Source: Mobula hypostoma
Taxonomy: Eukaryota
Assembly: GCF_963921235.1 (NCBI RefSeq)
Contig: NC_086108.1
Span: forward strand, 98,272,001 to 98,336,000
DNA length: 64,000 bases
Direction of reading: 5' to 3'
Below, piece by piece: positions 1 to 12,860 of the stretch (positions within the stretch are counted from its first letter, which is position 1; every line of letters begins with the position of its first letter). The notes under the pieces were generated by a model, which had not been told where the DNA came from, did not search any database, and saw only the letters and a program-made list of their open reading frames with translations. The position numbers and the translations under genes are program-made.

Positions 1-311
1 GCTAGGGAAATTGAAGGCTTTGTAGGAGGGAAGGGTTAGATTGCTTTCAGAGTAGTTTAAGAGGTCGGCACGACATCGTGTTCTGCATTCAAATTTTTGT
101 TGTTGAAAAATGATTGAAAGTGAGTGAAACTGATAGTTCCTCCTTTGTATCAGAAACAGTTGCATCATCTGATATGACTATCGGGGAAGATTGGACAAGT
201 TGAAGAGAGATCTGATTGAGGTTGATTAAAACACCTGATAGAATTGATGAAGAGGAAAAAAAGTCCCAGATGGGTCCTGTGAGTAAAAGTTAGTCAGCAA
301 TAATTAAAATG

Positions 312-670
312 CACTCAGTGGCCAGTTTATTAGGTACAGGAGTGGAACCTGGTGTAGTCTTCTGCTGATGTAGCCCATCCAGTTTAAGGTTCCTGCTGTC
401 CTGCATTCAGAGACCGTCTGCACCGCTGTTGTAATGCATGGTTATCTGAGTTACTGACACCTTCCTGTCAGCTTGAACCAGTCTGGCCATTAAAAGGCCT
501 CTGACCTCTCTCATTAACAAGGTGTTTTTGCCCACTGCTGCTCACTGGATTTTTTTTTTTTTGGCTTGTTTTTCACATCTTTCTCTGTAAACTCTAGAGA
601 TCGGCAGTTTCTGAGATACTCAAGTCATCAGCAATCATTCCATTATCAGAGTCACTGGAAAAGTCACAAA
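312..670 (-). mobile_element. Tc1/mariner-like deletion derivative fragment
   Basis: TIR CACTCAGTGGCCAGTTTATTAGGTAC; body matches the 45960-46503 element in reverse. Confidence 0.7.
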
Positions 671-769
671 GGAACACCATGGAATCGTTCAAAGAAAACA
701 TCAAGCTCAGAAGTGCATATAAAAATGGACAAATCGTGCAACCGCAAAAAAGAAAATGAGTAGCTGCAA

Positions 770-1205
770 GTCGCGGTACATGTCGGTACCAATGATACAG
801 AGCAGAGGTCCTGCACAGTAAGTTTAGGGAGTTAGGAAGGAAGGTGAAGAGCAGGACCTCCAAGGTGGTAATCTCTGGATTACTCCTAGTGCCACGAGCT
901 GATGAAGGGCAGACAGTGCAGATGAATGAGTGGCTGAGGAGATGGTGCAGGAGGCAGGGCTTCAAGTTCTTGTTTTTCACACAGAGAGTGGTGGGTGCGT
1001 GGAGTGCACTGCCAGGGAAGGTGATAGAGGCGGATACAATAGGGTCTTTTAAAAGACTCTTAGAGAGGTACATGGAGCTTAGAAAAATAGGGGACTCTGC
1101 GGTAGGGAAGTTCTAGGAAGTTTCTAGAGGAAGTTACGTGGTCGGCACAACATTGTGGGCCAAAGGGCCTGTGATGTGCTGTAGATTTTCTACGTTCTAT
1201 GTTAA
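770..1205 (+). mobile_element. CR1 fragment (ORF1 esterase-like piece joined to the 3' end)
   Basis: KSRTSKVVISGLL...NEWLRRWCRRQGF followed by FFTQRVVGAW and a CR1 tail. Confidence 0.7.
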
Positions 1206-1209
1206 CACA

Positions 1210-1910
1210 GAATATCAAAGCACAGAGTCATTGAAACAATCTAGGAATATTTAGTTTAGTTCAGTACAGTTCAATTTAGCGCTCTGTTGTTTGTTGACTG
1301 CAGGCCGCAGACCCAGTACGTCCTGATCAAAATGGTAATGCGAAAGCAGAACAACATCACAACATGAACTCCAGGGTCTGATCCACAAACTGCGCTGATT
1401 AAACCTCGCCCAAGATCCAAGATGGTGGCACCATCACCAGGCATCATCGAGCGAGAGGGAGAGAGACCGGTCACACGTAGACACCTTCCCCCGGAAGCAA
1501 CAAGTGGGAGTGAGCAAGAGACCTGGTAAAATGCAGCCACCTTCCTCCAGCAGCAACAAGCAAGAGGGAGAGAGATACCAATCAAACGAAGGGAGAAGGC
1601 GCCGAACAGCCTCGTCCTCGTTGATTTCAACCTTGCTCAATGCTTCAGTCGGTGAGAAATGGAGTTGATTGTGGACTCACGTCCTGTCTCCAGGCTGCCC
1701 ACTCCACTCGAAGCATCGCCGAACTCCCTCGCAAACAGCAAAGTGCCAGATTGCTCAATCGGCCCGAAAACACATCTCCAAAATGTAAAGCACAGGATCC
1801 AATTGGAGTCGAATCATTTCTGAAAGAAGACAAGGAAGCAAAAGTAGTTTCATGAACTGCCTGAAGGAGATTGCCTTTGGTCATGTCGTTCGCCAGCACC
1901 ATCTTCTTCA
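1210..1910 (-). mobile_element. Non-coding LINE-like repeat
   Basis: Minus strand starts GAAGATGGTG; GC-rich body, (ACTGA/ACTAA)-like repeats toward the 3' side; no credible ORF. Confidence 0.4.
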
Positions 1911-2637
1911 GTTAGGATATGAAACAGCACCAAAAGAAACTGAGACAACAAATGATGAGGATGAATATAGCAGGAGAGAAGGTAAGACCATCAGACATAG
2001 GATCAGAATTAGGCCATTCAGCCCATCAAGCCTGCTCCACCATTCCATCATGGCTGATCCTGGATCCCACTCAACCTCATACACCTGCCTTCTCACCATA
2101 TCCTTTGATGCCCTGACTGATCGGGAAACGATCAACTTCTGCCTTAAACATACCCACGAACTTGGCCTCCATCGCAGTCTGTGGCAGAGCATTCCACAGA
2201 TTCACTACTCTCTCGCTAAAAAAAATCCTCCTTACCTCGGTTCTAAGAGGTCGCCCCTCAATTCTGAGGCTGTATCCCTCTAGTTCTGGATTTCCCCACA
2301 ATAGGAAACATCCTCTCCCCATCCACCCTATCTAGTCCTTTCAGCATTTGATAGGTTTCAATGAGATCCCCCCCATTCTTCTAAATTCCAGTAAGTACAG
2401 GCCCAAAGCTGCCAAACGTTCCTCATATGTTAACCCCTTCATTCCCAGAATCATCCTCATGAACCCCTTCTGGACTGTCTCCGATGATAACACATCCTTC
2501 TTTTCGAGATATGGGCCCAAAACAGTTGACAATACTCTAAGTGCAGTCTGAGCAGTGTCTTATTAAGCCTTAGCATTATCTCCTTGCTTTTATATTCTAT
2601 TCCCCTTGAAATGAATGGCAACATTGCATTTGCCTTC

Positions 2638-3408
2638 TGTTACGAACCCACAGGTTTCGTTTACTGTGGACTGACGCTTTAAGCACCTGAGTGAGGCGGG
2701 ACTATGACGTCAGTCACAGGCTGAAGGAGTTTACTTCTGATGTTTACACAGACACAGAAAGAGAGAGTGAGAGAGTGGGAGAGACAGGGGAAACCAGTAG
2801 CTTCAGCTTGTTGCAGCTGAGGCTTGGAACTCTTTTAAGCCCAAAAGATTGGGTTAAACATCGGCAGATGGTGCAGAATGAATGTGTGACTGTCACTTCG
2901 TATAATCCATAGGAGTGGATTTTTGAGGATATCTTCTGGGACCACTTGTGTGTATGTTGTGTGGTAACCACTGGAAGACGATATTCCTGCGACAGGTCAC
3001 TTTCGGTGATAATTCATATGTGGATTTGGGACGTCACGACGGACAAGATCTACAGCTACTGTTATCTCGTTTTACCAGCATCGAACCTGTGGAATACTTC
3101 GTACTTATCTTCTCTTTCCATTAAAACGTGGGTTACAAATATCTCTCTCCCATCATTTATTTTGTGGATTACTGAACTTTCCTATTTTACCATCTCAAGA
3201 CTCTAAGCCTTGTCTCCCGAAGCTCAATTGTTTGAGAGTTATATTTACACACAAATATACACATAACACTGTTAACTTTTGTTTATCTTGGTTGAGTTAC
3301 TACATCATAAATAGATACTAATAAAGATAGTGGGTTTAACATTAAAACCTGACCCAGTGTGAAATCTCTTGCTGCTGGTTTGTTTCTAAAATGTAACAGT
3401 TCGGAACA
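2638..3408 (+). repeat. 5' LTR of element 1
   Basis: TGTTACGAA...TTCGGAACA; aligns with 8267-9047; AATAAA near 3321. Confidence 0.95.
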
Positions 3409-3411
3409 AAT

Positions 3412-3429
3412 TGGGGGCTCGTCTGCGAC
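3412..3429 (+). promoter_or_regulatory. Primer binding site, tRNA-Pro-like
   Basis: TGGGGGCTCGTCTGCGAC just after the LTR, versus the tRNA-Pro complement TGGGGGCTCGTCCGGGAT. Confidence 0.85.
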
Positions 3430-3523
3430 ATGAACAAAATTGGAGCTTATTGATTGATTGATTGATTATCAATCTTATTAGTTACTTCTCTTTTGATATA
3501 CTTGTGTGTGGAAATCAGCAGCA

Positions 3524-6500
3524 ATGGATATTGATGCATTTCTGGCATCGCCAGGCCCTGGGGAATTGGGGGACACCAGAAAAGACGACTTGGTGACTGT
3601 TGCTAAAAAGTTGAGACTTGTTTTGATAAAACTGTCTATGAGAAAGCCAGAGATTCAGAGGAAAATAGCTGAGTACTATATTTCTTGGGGGGAAGTTTGA
3701 CGATGAGGCATTAGAATTGTTTCCTGAAAGTAAACCAGTTACCCCTGAGCTCCAGTTACGGCTGGACCAATTAATGTTCGACCGAGAGAGACTTAGATGA
3801 GAAGCTACGGAAAAAGACAAACAGAGCCGGTTTGCAGCTGAAGAAGCAGAAAAACAGAGGGAAGAAGCAGAAAAACAAAGGAAGTTCGAGCCAGAGAAGA
3901 TAGAGAAAATGCAGCAAAGGGGATTAGTGTTTGACTCTGGTGAGAAGTTTGTGGCCAGTCGGGAAGTTAAATTGGTCCCTCAATTTGATGAAACTGAGGT
4001 TCATAAATACTTTCAGCATTTTGAGAAAGTGGCTCAGAGCCTAAAGTGGCCGGAATAAAGCTGGTCTCTCTTGTTACAGAGTGTAATTAAGGGTAAGGCT
4101 CAACAGGTTTATTCTGCCCTGTCAGTTGAAGATGCAGCTGATTATGACATTGTGAAACAGGCTGTGCTTAAAGCCTATGAATTGGTTCCAGAAGCCTATA
4201 GGCAAAGGTTTAAAAATTTGAGGAAACCTGTGAACCAGACTTATGTGGAAATTGCTTATGAAAAGTCTGTCTGTTTTGAGCGATTGTGCACATCTAAGAA
4301 TGTGGATGGTGATTTTAACAGCTTGAAAGGGTTGGTTTTGATTGAAGAATTTAAGAGGTGCGTCCTTAATGACATGAAGGCATATTTAGATGAAAAGTAT
4401 GCTGCCACTTTGCAAGAGTCTGCTAGATTAGCAGATGAGTTTGCTTTAACCCACAAGGCTAAGTTTACCCCAAGTAAGAGCTTCCAATAGAGTAGCAAGG
4501 ATAGTCACAGTAAACCAGAAAATAAATCTGGGTCTAGTGACAAAGGTAAGGATGAAGGGAGGCAAGTGAAGGAGAAATATTCTGGTATTACTTGTCACTA
4601 TTGTAGGAAAGCTGGTCAAATTATGGTTAACTGTTCCATCTTAAAGAAGAAGAAGGACAAGGAGGCAGTCCCAGATGCCTGTATTCAAAACATTGAAACA
4701 CCTGTGAACCCACAGGGTTCCAGACATTCTGATGAAGTTCTGTCAGGGACTGAGAGGTCTGACTGAGTTAGGAAGGATTCGATCATTTTATGACAGATGG
4801 GTTTGTGTCAGTGAAGGAAGGGTCAACCCTGGTACCAGTGAAAATTCTTTGGGATACTGAGGCTCCTCAGTCACTCTTGTTAGACTGTTTTAGAATTTAG
4901 TGATGAGACTGACATTGGTGAAATAAACCTCATCGAGGGTATTGGAGGTGACGTTGTTTCTGTACCTCTGCATAAGGTGATTTTGAAGTGGGGGTTAGTT
5001 TCAGGACTTGTTAAGATAGGACTACGACCTAGTTTACCGGTGGAAGGTGTTTCTTTGTTGTTAGGGAATGACCTAGCAGGCGGTAAAGTTGTTCCTGCAG
5101 TGCAGCTGACAACTAAGCCAATTACTGATGATTCAAAGATGGATTCTACCATTTATCCCTCCTGCGCAGTAACTGGAAGTATAGCTAAGAAGTCAGCTAA
5201 TGCAGATAGTTCTGTGCAGCATGATTTTGCTACCCATGATAGCCAAAATCGGGATTCAGGTTTTGATGACTTGTCAGGGACTTTTCTGCCTTCATTGTTT
5301 TACCAGGATCCAGGTATTAAATCTGATGAGAAATCTGTCTAGGAAGGAGTTTATAGCAGAACAGAACCGAGACCATGAGATTGCAGCTTTGAAAGGAAAA
5401 AAAACTCTCTCAGATGATGAGATTAAGAAAGTGCCAGTTGGGTATTATATCAAAGATGGAGTGTAAGTGAGGAAGTGGAGACCACCTGATATTCCTGCAA
5501 GTGAGGAGTGGGCAATTGTTCACCAAGTTGTAGTTCCTAAAGTCTATAGGAACAAGATTTTAACTTGGCCCATTGTATGCCCTTATGTGTTCATCTTGGT
5601 GTAAATAAAACTGTGAACAAGATTTCAAAATAATTTTTCTGGCCTAGTCTGAGGAAAGACATTATGACCTTTTGTCTAACCTGTCACACTTGTCAGGTTG
5701 TGGGTAGACCTAATCAAGTCACACCAGTGGCCCCACTGCAGCCTATTCCTGCATTTGGTGAACCCTTTTCTAAAGTTATTGTGGATTGTGTTGGTTCATT
5801 GCCAAAGACTAAAGCTGGCCATCAGTATTTGCTAACTATCATGTGCATAGCATCTAGATTTCCCGAAGCAATACCTCTCAGGAATATAAAGGCTAAAACT
5901 GTGTGAAAGGCTCTCACAAAGTTTTTTTACTTTATTTGGTTTGCCTAAAGAAATCCAGTCTGATCAAGGAAGTAATTTTATGTCTGGATTATTTCAGCAA
6001 ATAGTTTATGAACTGGGAGCCAAACAAATTACATTGTCTGCGTATCATCCAGAATCACAAGGGGCTTTGGAACAATGATTAAGACATTCTGTGTTGAAAA
6101 CGAGAAGGATTGGGATGAAGGAGTTCATTTGCTTTTATTTGCTGTAAGAGAATCAGTACAGGAATCACTAGGCTTTAGGCCATTTGAACTTTTATTTGGT
6201 CATAGGGTTCGAGGACCTTTGACCCTGTTAAAGGATCAGTGGATTAATGAGGACATGCATATCAATTTGTTAGACTATGTTTTGAAATTCAAAGACAGAT
6301 TACACAAAGCCTGTAGCTTAGCAAATCAAAACTTAAAGGTTTCTCAGGACAAAATTAAGTTTTGGTATGACAAACAGGCTCATATGAGAAAATTCCAGGT
6401 GGGAGATAAGGCTCTGGTGTTACTTCCAGTATTGACGAACCCACTTCAAGCAAAATTCCATGGACCATATGAAATAGTGTCTAAAATAAATTATGTAAAT

Positions 6501-8087
6501 TTTGTAGTCAAAACATCCGATTGACAAAAGCTGACACAGTTGGTACATATGTTGAAACCATATTTTTAAGAGCAGGTGCCAGCTGTGAGTGTTGTTGTCA
6601 AAACAAATGAGTCTGGCAACCCTGGGAACGAATTGATTGACCCATGTGAGGCTTATTCTAAATCAAACATTGTCCCAGTTAGACTAACAAACTTGACTGT
6701 TCTAGAAAACATTGATAACAAGTTGGCTCATTTACAGCCACAGCAACAACAACAAATGAAGGAATTAATTTTGAAGTTTAAAGACTTATTTCCCAATGTT
6801 CCAAGCAGAACCACAGTCACATCGCATGATGTCGATGTCGGGGATGCTAAGCCCATGAAACAACACCCGTGTCACATGAACATAGTAAAATGTAAACTGG
6901 CTGAACAAGAAGTTGAGTATATGTTAGAAAATGGTATTATTAGGCCTTCAACTTCAGATTGTAGCTCACCTTCTATTATGGTACCTAAACCAGATGGTAG
7001 TATTAGGTTTTGCACTGACTATAGAAAGGTGAATACTGTAATGAAAACAGATGCTTATCCCATCCCTAGGGTGGATGATTGCATAGATAAGGTTGGAAAA
7101 GCTAAGTTTCTTACAAAGATCGATCTGTTGAAAGGGTATTGGTGTGTTCCTTGGACAGAGAGGAGTAGAGAAATTTCTGCATTTGTGTCATCTTCTGGGT
7201 TGTATGAATACAATGTTTTGCCATTTGGGATGAAGAATGCTCCAGGAACGTTCCAGAGAATGATTAATTCTGTAATTCAAGTGTTAGATCACACAGGCAC
7301 CTATATTGATGATTTAGTTATAGGAAATAACATGTGGGAAGCCCATATCTCTGCAGTAGAAAAGCTGTTTGACAAGCTTTCCAAGGCCAACCTTACAGTT
7401 AACTTAGCTAAGAGCAAATTTGGCCACGCCACTGTAACCTATCTTGGTTATGTGGTACGTCAAGGTGAGTTGGCTCCTGTTCCACCAATTTCTGAAGTTC
7501 CCATTCCAACTGGTAAAAAGGCTCTTAGAAGGTTTCTGGGAATGGTTGGATATTATTGTAAGTTCTGTAAGAACTTTACTGATATTGCTCTTCCTTTAAC
7601 TAACCTCCTGAAGAAGGGTGAAAAGTTTGTTTGGACAGAACCTTGCCAGGAGGCATTCGATCAATTAAAAGCCATTTTATGTCATCAACCTGTGCTCCAG
7701 GCACCCGACTTTACAAGGCCATTCTCTATAGCTGCAGATGCCCCTGATGAAGCTGCAGGAGCAGTGTTGTTACAAAAGGATGAGTGTGATGGGTTGTACA
7801 TCCTGTAGCTTACTTTTCAAGGAAATTTAATGAGCATCAAAGAAATTATTCCACCATAGAGAAAGAGTTGTTGTCACTCATCTTGGCTTTGCAGCATTTT
7901 GATATTTATGTTTGCCCAGCTCAGAAACCACTTGTGGTTTATACAGATCATAATCCATTGGTGTTTTCGAGTAAGATAAACAGAAGGTTGTTAAATTGGA
8001 TTTTGATTTTGCAAGAATATGATCTTATGATAAACTCACATTAAAGGCAAAGATAATATTATAGTCAATTGTCTTTCCAGATGTTAA
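3524..8087 (+). pseudogene. Disrupted gag-pol: capsid/SCAN-like region, Zn knuckle, protease, integrase, RT, RNase H
   Basis: LQSVIKGKAQQVYSAL (capsid); CHYCRKAGQIMVNC (knuckle); LLGNDLAG (protease end); CLTC, DCVGSLPK and DQGSNF (integrase, ~5560-6520); FCTDYRKVN and YIDD (RT, ORF 6576-7808); RNase H remnants to ~8087. Confidence 0.9.
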
Positions 8088-8266
8088 TCTTGCAATGTAT
8101 TTTAAGAGTGATGTGGAATTTATTTTGATTTATACGCCTCTGTAATGTGTTATATTAGTCTGTAGTATGTTATATGATAACCATACATGTATTGTTTTAT
8201 ATACATTGTAGTCCACAAGTTAAAACTTTGCTCTTACAGATCAAAATTTTCCTTTTTGGAGGGTAG

Positions 8267-9047
8267 TGTTATGAATCCACAGGTTACGTTTACTGTGGAC
8301 TGTCGCTTTAAGTGCCTGAGTGAGGCGGGACTATGACATCAGTCACAGGCTGAAGGAGTTTGCTTCAGATGTTTACACAGACACAGAAAGAGAGAGTGAG
8401 AGAGTGGGAGAGACAGGGGAAGCCGGTAGCTGCAGTTTGTCGTAGCTAAGGCTTGGAACTCTTTTAAGCCCAAAAGATTGGGTTAAACATCGGCACACGG
8501 TGCACAGCAAATGTGTGACTGTCACTTCGTATAATCCATAGGAGTGGATTTTTGGGGATATCTTGTGGGACCACTTGTGTAGCCCTTGCTTGGGTATGTT
8601 ATGTGGTAACCACTGGAAGACGATATTCCTGTGACAGGTCACTTTCGGTGATAATTCGAATGTGAATTTGGGATGTCACAACAGACAAGATCTACGGTGA
8701 CTGTTATCTCATTTTATCAGCATGGAACCTGTGGAATATTTCATACTTACCTTCTCTCTCCATTATAACGTGGGTTACAAATATCTCTCTCCCATCATTT
8801 ATTCCGTGGATTACTGAACTTTCCTATTTTACCATCTCAAGACTCTAAGACTTCTTCCCCCAAGCTCAATAGTTTGAGAGTTATATTTACACACATATAT
8901 ACACATAACACTGTTAACTTTTGTTTATCTTGGTTGAGTTACTATATTATAAGTAGATACTAATAGAGATAGTGGGTTTAACATTAAAGCCTGACTCAGT
9001 GTGATATCTTAGAAACATTTGTTTCTAAAACGTTACAGTTCATAACA
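8267..9047 (+). repeat. 3' LTR of element 1
   Basis: Preceded by PPT GGAGGGTAG; ends TTCATAACA followed by the TSD. Confidence 0.95.
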
Positions 9048-9761
9048 CTTCCTTACCACAGACTCAACCTGTAAATTAACCTCTGGGAATCTTGTGCGAG
9101 GACTCCTAAGTCCCTCTGCACCTCTGATGTTTGAACCTTCTCCCCATTTAGATAATAGTCCGCACTATTGTTCCTTTTACCAAAATGTATTATCATACAT
9201 TTTCCAACACTGCCACATCTGCCACATTCTTCCAATTTGTCTAAATCCCGCTGCAATCACCTTGCATTCCTCAGCACTACCTAGCCCTCCACCGATCTTC
9301 GTATCATCTGCAAACTTTGCCACAATATCATCAATTCCATTATCCAAATCATTGACAAACAATGTGAAAAGTAACGGTCCCAATACTGACCCCTGAGGAA
9401 CCAGCAGCCAACTGGGAAAGGCCCCCTTTATTCCCACTCGCTGCCTCCTGCCTGTCAGCCATTCCTCTTTCTTGTTTTGCCATAGGATTTTATCCTGTTA
9501 AGCAGTCTCATGTGTGACACCTTATCAAGTGCCTTCTGAAAATCCAAGTAAATGACATCCACTATCTCTCCTTTGTCCACTCTGCTTGTTACTTCCTCAA
9601 AGAACTCTAACAATTTGTCAGGCAAGATTTCCCTTTACAGAACCCATGCTGACTTTGATTTATTTTATCACTAGTCTTCAAGTACCCGAAATCTCATCCT
9701 TAATAATAGACCCCAACACTTTCCCAGCCACTGAGTTCAGGGTAACTGGCATACAATTTCG

Positions 9762-10420
9762 CAAACACCAGGAATTCTGCAGATGCTGGAAATTCAAGCA
9801 ACACACATCAAAGTTGCTGGTGAATGCAGCAGGCCAGGCAGCATCTCTAGGAAGAGGTACAGTCGACGTTTTGGGCCGAGACCCTTCGTCAAGACTAACT
9901 GAAGGAAGAGCTAGTAAGAGATTTGAAAGTGGGAGGGGGAGGGGGAGATCCAAAATGACGGGGTGGGGGGATGGATCCAAGAGCTGGACAAGTGATTGGC
10001 AAAGGGCTATGAGAGGATCATGGGACAGGAGGCCTAGGGAGAAAGAAAAGGGAGAGGGGGGGAAAAACCCAGAGGATGGGCAAGGGATATAGTCAAAGGG
10101 ACAGAGGGAGAAAAAGGAGAGAGAGAGAGAAAGAATGTGTGTATATAAATAAATAACGGATGGGGTACGAGGGGGAGGTGGGGCATTAACAGAAGTTAAA
10201 GAAGTCAATGTTCCTGCCATCAGGTTGGAGGCTACCCAGACGGAATATAAGGTGTTGTTCCTCCAACCTGAGTGTGGCTTCATCTTTACAGTAGAGGAGG
10301 CCGTGGATAGACATGTCAGAATGGGAATGAGATGTGGAATTAAAATGTGTGGCCACTGGGAGATCCTGCTTTCTCTGGCAGACAGAACGTAGATGTTCAG
10401 CAAAACGATCTCCCAGTCTG
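9762..10420 (-). mobile_element. Penelope-like element 3' fragment
   Basis: GIY-YIG C-terminus RLGDRFAEHL...RLEEQHLIFRLGSLQPDG; tail with degenerate hammerhead at 9861-9896. Confidence 0.85.
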
Positions 10421-12231
10421 TTTTGCCTTTCTCCTTTCTTAGAGAGTGGAGTGACATTTACAATCTTCCATTCCTCTGGGAACATGCCAGAATCAAGTGA
10501 TTCTTGAAAAATCATGACCAATGCATCCGTTATCTCTTCAGCAACCTCCCTCAGGGCTCTGGGATGGAGTCCATCTGGTCCAGGTGACTTATCCACCTGA
10601 AGACCTTTGAGTTCGTCTAGCACCTTTTTCCTTCCTAATAGCAATGACACTCATTCCTGCTCCCTGCCACTCATGGACCTCTGGCACACTGCTAATGTCT
10701 TCCACTGTGAAGACAGATGCAAAGTACCCATTAAGTTCATCTTCCATTTCTTTTTCCCCCATTACTATCTTACCACTCTCACCTCTCTTTTACTCTTTAT
10801 ATACCTGAAAAAAAATCTTTTGGTATCCTGCTTTATATTATTGGTTAGTTTGTCCTCATGTTTCATCCTTTCCCTTCTTATAGTTTTTTTAGTTACCTTG
10901 TGTTGAATTTTAAAAGCTTCCCAATCATCCAACTTTCCACTCACTTTTGCTACCTTATATGCCCTTTGTTTGGCTTTCATGCATTCCTTAACTTCCCTTA
11001 TCAGCCATGGTCGGCTAGCCGTGCCATTTGAGAATGTTATCCGATCTGGTCCTCAATCTGAAGGTTTGCTGTCTCTTTGTCTGCACAGATGCCACCTGAT
11101 CGTGAATATTTACAGCATCCTCAGTTTCTGTTTTGGATTTCCAGCATCCGCAGTCATTAGTTTTTACAGGGTCCTTCTCTCAGTACCAGCTTTGCCTTTT
11201 CTCTCTTTTTTTGTCCCTTTCTCTTCTTTTCTTTGCGATGAGAGACCCAGGCATGGATGGTTGGAGCCAAGTGCTGGAGTATCCGAGAAATAGTACAAGA
11301 CTGAGATGAGAACAGGGTTCTAAATTTGATGCTAGGCAAGAATCCAAAAGAGAGTTGATGATTGAGCACTGATCTTCAGTTCAGGTACTCTTTAAATATT
11401 AAAATCCTGGCACCAAACATGGCCGCCAGTTAGTGGGGCAGGCCTGGGTCTTTAAAGGGGCTGAAGGGGTTATGCATATTCCGAAGAGTCAGAGCTTTTA
11501 AACCCCAGAAGCTGGCACCCTTCGGTGCCTATCGTAACACTCTTTGCATACACCTTTCTTTAATTTATAGTCTCTCCATCCAGGGTTAATAAGCCTTTGG
11601 ACCTTCTCTCAGGCAGCACCACCATCACATCTCATCGTATCACAGATATTTCCTTCGCTTCCTCCACCCCTTCCCTTACTCTGCAATTCAAAATACCGCT
11701 GATTCTCTGCTGAAAGGTTGTTAAGTAGAAACATTCGTTTTACCTCTGTCTCATTACACACTGCCTGACTGGCCCAGTAATGACCCCAAAATTTAAAAGC
11801 CTACATTTTGAAGAGTGATCGGTTGGTAAATGTTGGAATACAGAAGGCTGAGAGATAAAATTATGATAAACAGGAGGTTCTGCTGATATGTAGGTGAGTG
11901 GTAGAATTTGGGAGGAGCTGATGGGAATATGGGGGAAATAAAATGAAATCTGCGTGGGATTAGTGAAAATCAGTGCTTGATGGTTGGCAGACTTTTGATG
12001 GGCTGAAGGGTCTGTATCTGTACTGTTTCTCTCTATGACTCTAAGACTTGAATTCTTGGTTGAAAATCAGAGCTTGACTGATTTTATCACGAGATAGGTT
12101 AACCACAGGTTGGCAAAACGAAGATACATATCTGCCTTTGCCTTACTGAATGACACAACAGGTTTAAGTGGATCAATAGCTTACTACTGATCCTATGTTA
12201 CCTGTTCAGGACTCCCCACACCTGTCTATGC

Positions 12232-12311
12232 CAGGGGTTCCCAACCTGTCTTATGCCAGGAACTCTTATCATTAAGCGAGGGGTCTGTAGACTGCAGGTT
12301 GGGGACCCGTG
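12232..12311. mobile_element. 80-bp hAT-type MITE
   Basis: TIR CAGGGGTTCCCAACC/GGTTGGGGACCCGTG; second copy at 20432-20511; degenerate 8-bp TSD. Confidence 0.7.
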
Positions 12312-12364
12312 CTCTATCCTAACCTAATAAATCTGTTCACAATAAGATCTCACATTTACAAGGA

Positions 12365-12860
12365 ATGCTCCCTCAGGAAAGCAGCATCCGCCAGTCAGGA
12401 CCCTCACTTCTCTCGAGTACAGGAGGTACAAGAGTCCGTCAGTCGGGACCCTCACTTCTCTCGACTACAGGAGGTACAAGAGCCTTAGGTCCCACACCAA
12501 AATGTTCAGGAACAGTTATTACTCTACAAACATCAGGCATTTGAACTGTTGTGGATGATTTCACTCACCTCAACTCCGAACTGGTTCCACAACCTACAGA
12601 CTCACTTTCAAGGGCCCTACAACTGATGTTCTCAGTATTATTTATTTATTTATTAATTGATCTATCTGTCTGACTATTTATATATGTTATTTGCACGGCT
12701 TGTCTTCTTTCGCACGTTGGCTGTTTGCCAGTCTCTGTGAGCAGATTTTCATTGATTCTATTGTATTTCTTTCTTCTATTATGAATGCCTGTAAGAAAAT
12801 GAATCTCCGGGTTGTATATGGTGACATATACGTACTTCGATAAGAAATTTACTTTGAAAT
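12365..12860 (+). mobile_element. Rex1/Babar-like LINE 3' fragment
   Basis: RKAAS...RRYKSLRSHT coding remnant plus the shared 3' UTR ending AAATTTACTTTGAA. Confidence 0.75.

Larger units (their letters stand above)
2638..9047 (+). mobile_element. Full-length decayed Gmr1-like Ty3/Gypsy LTR retrotransposon
   Basis: Direct LTRs 2638-3408 and 8267-9047 (TGT...ACA); 4-bp TSD CTTC at 2634-2637 and 9048-9051; tRNA-Pro-like PBS; polypurine tract; gag/pol remnants with stops and frameshifts. It interrupts a CR1 whose sequence resumes after the TSD. Confidence 0.95.
1985..11031 (-). mobile_element. CR1 LINE split by the LTR element (2638-9047) and a Penelope fragment (9762-10420)
   Basis: ORF2 remnants FFSERVVNLWNALP, PQGSVLGPLLF, KFADDTK, DKSPGPDGLHPR; colinear across both insertions. 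Confidence 0.9.

Noticed and set aside
9678..10457. 259-aa ORF
   Set aside because: Off-frame read across CR1/Penelope junctions and low-complexity tail.
12383..12482. ~47-bp tandem duplication (and a 21-bp one at 14479-14518)
   Set aside because: Ordinary local duplications in or next to Rex1 remnants.
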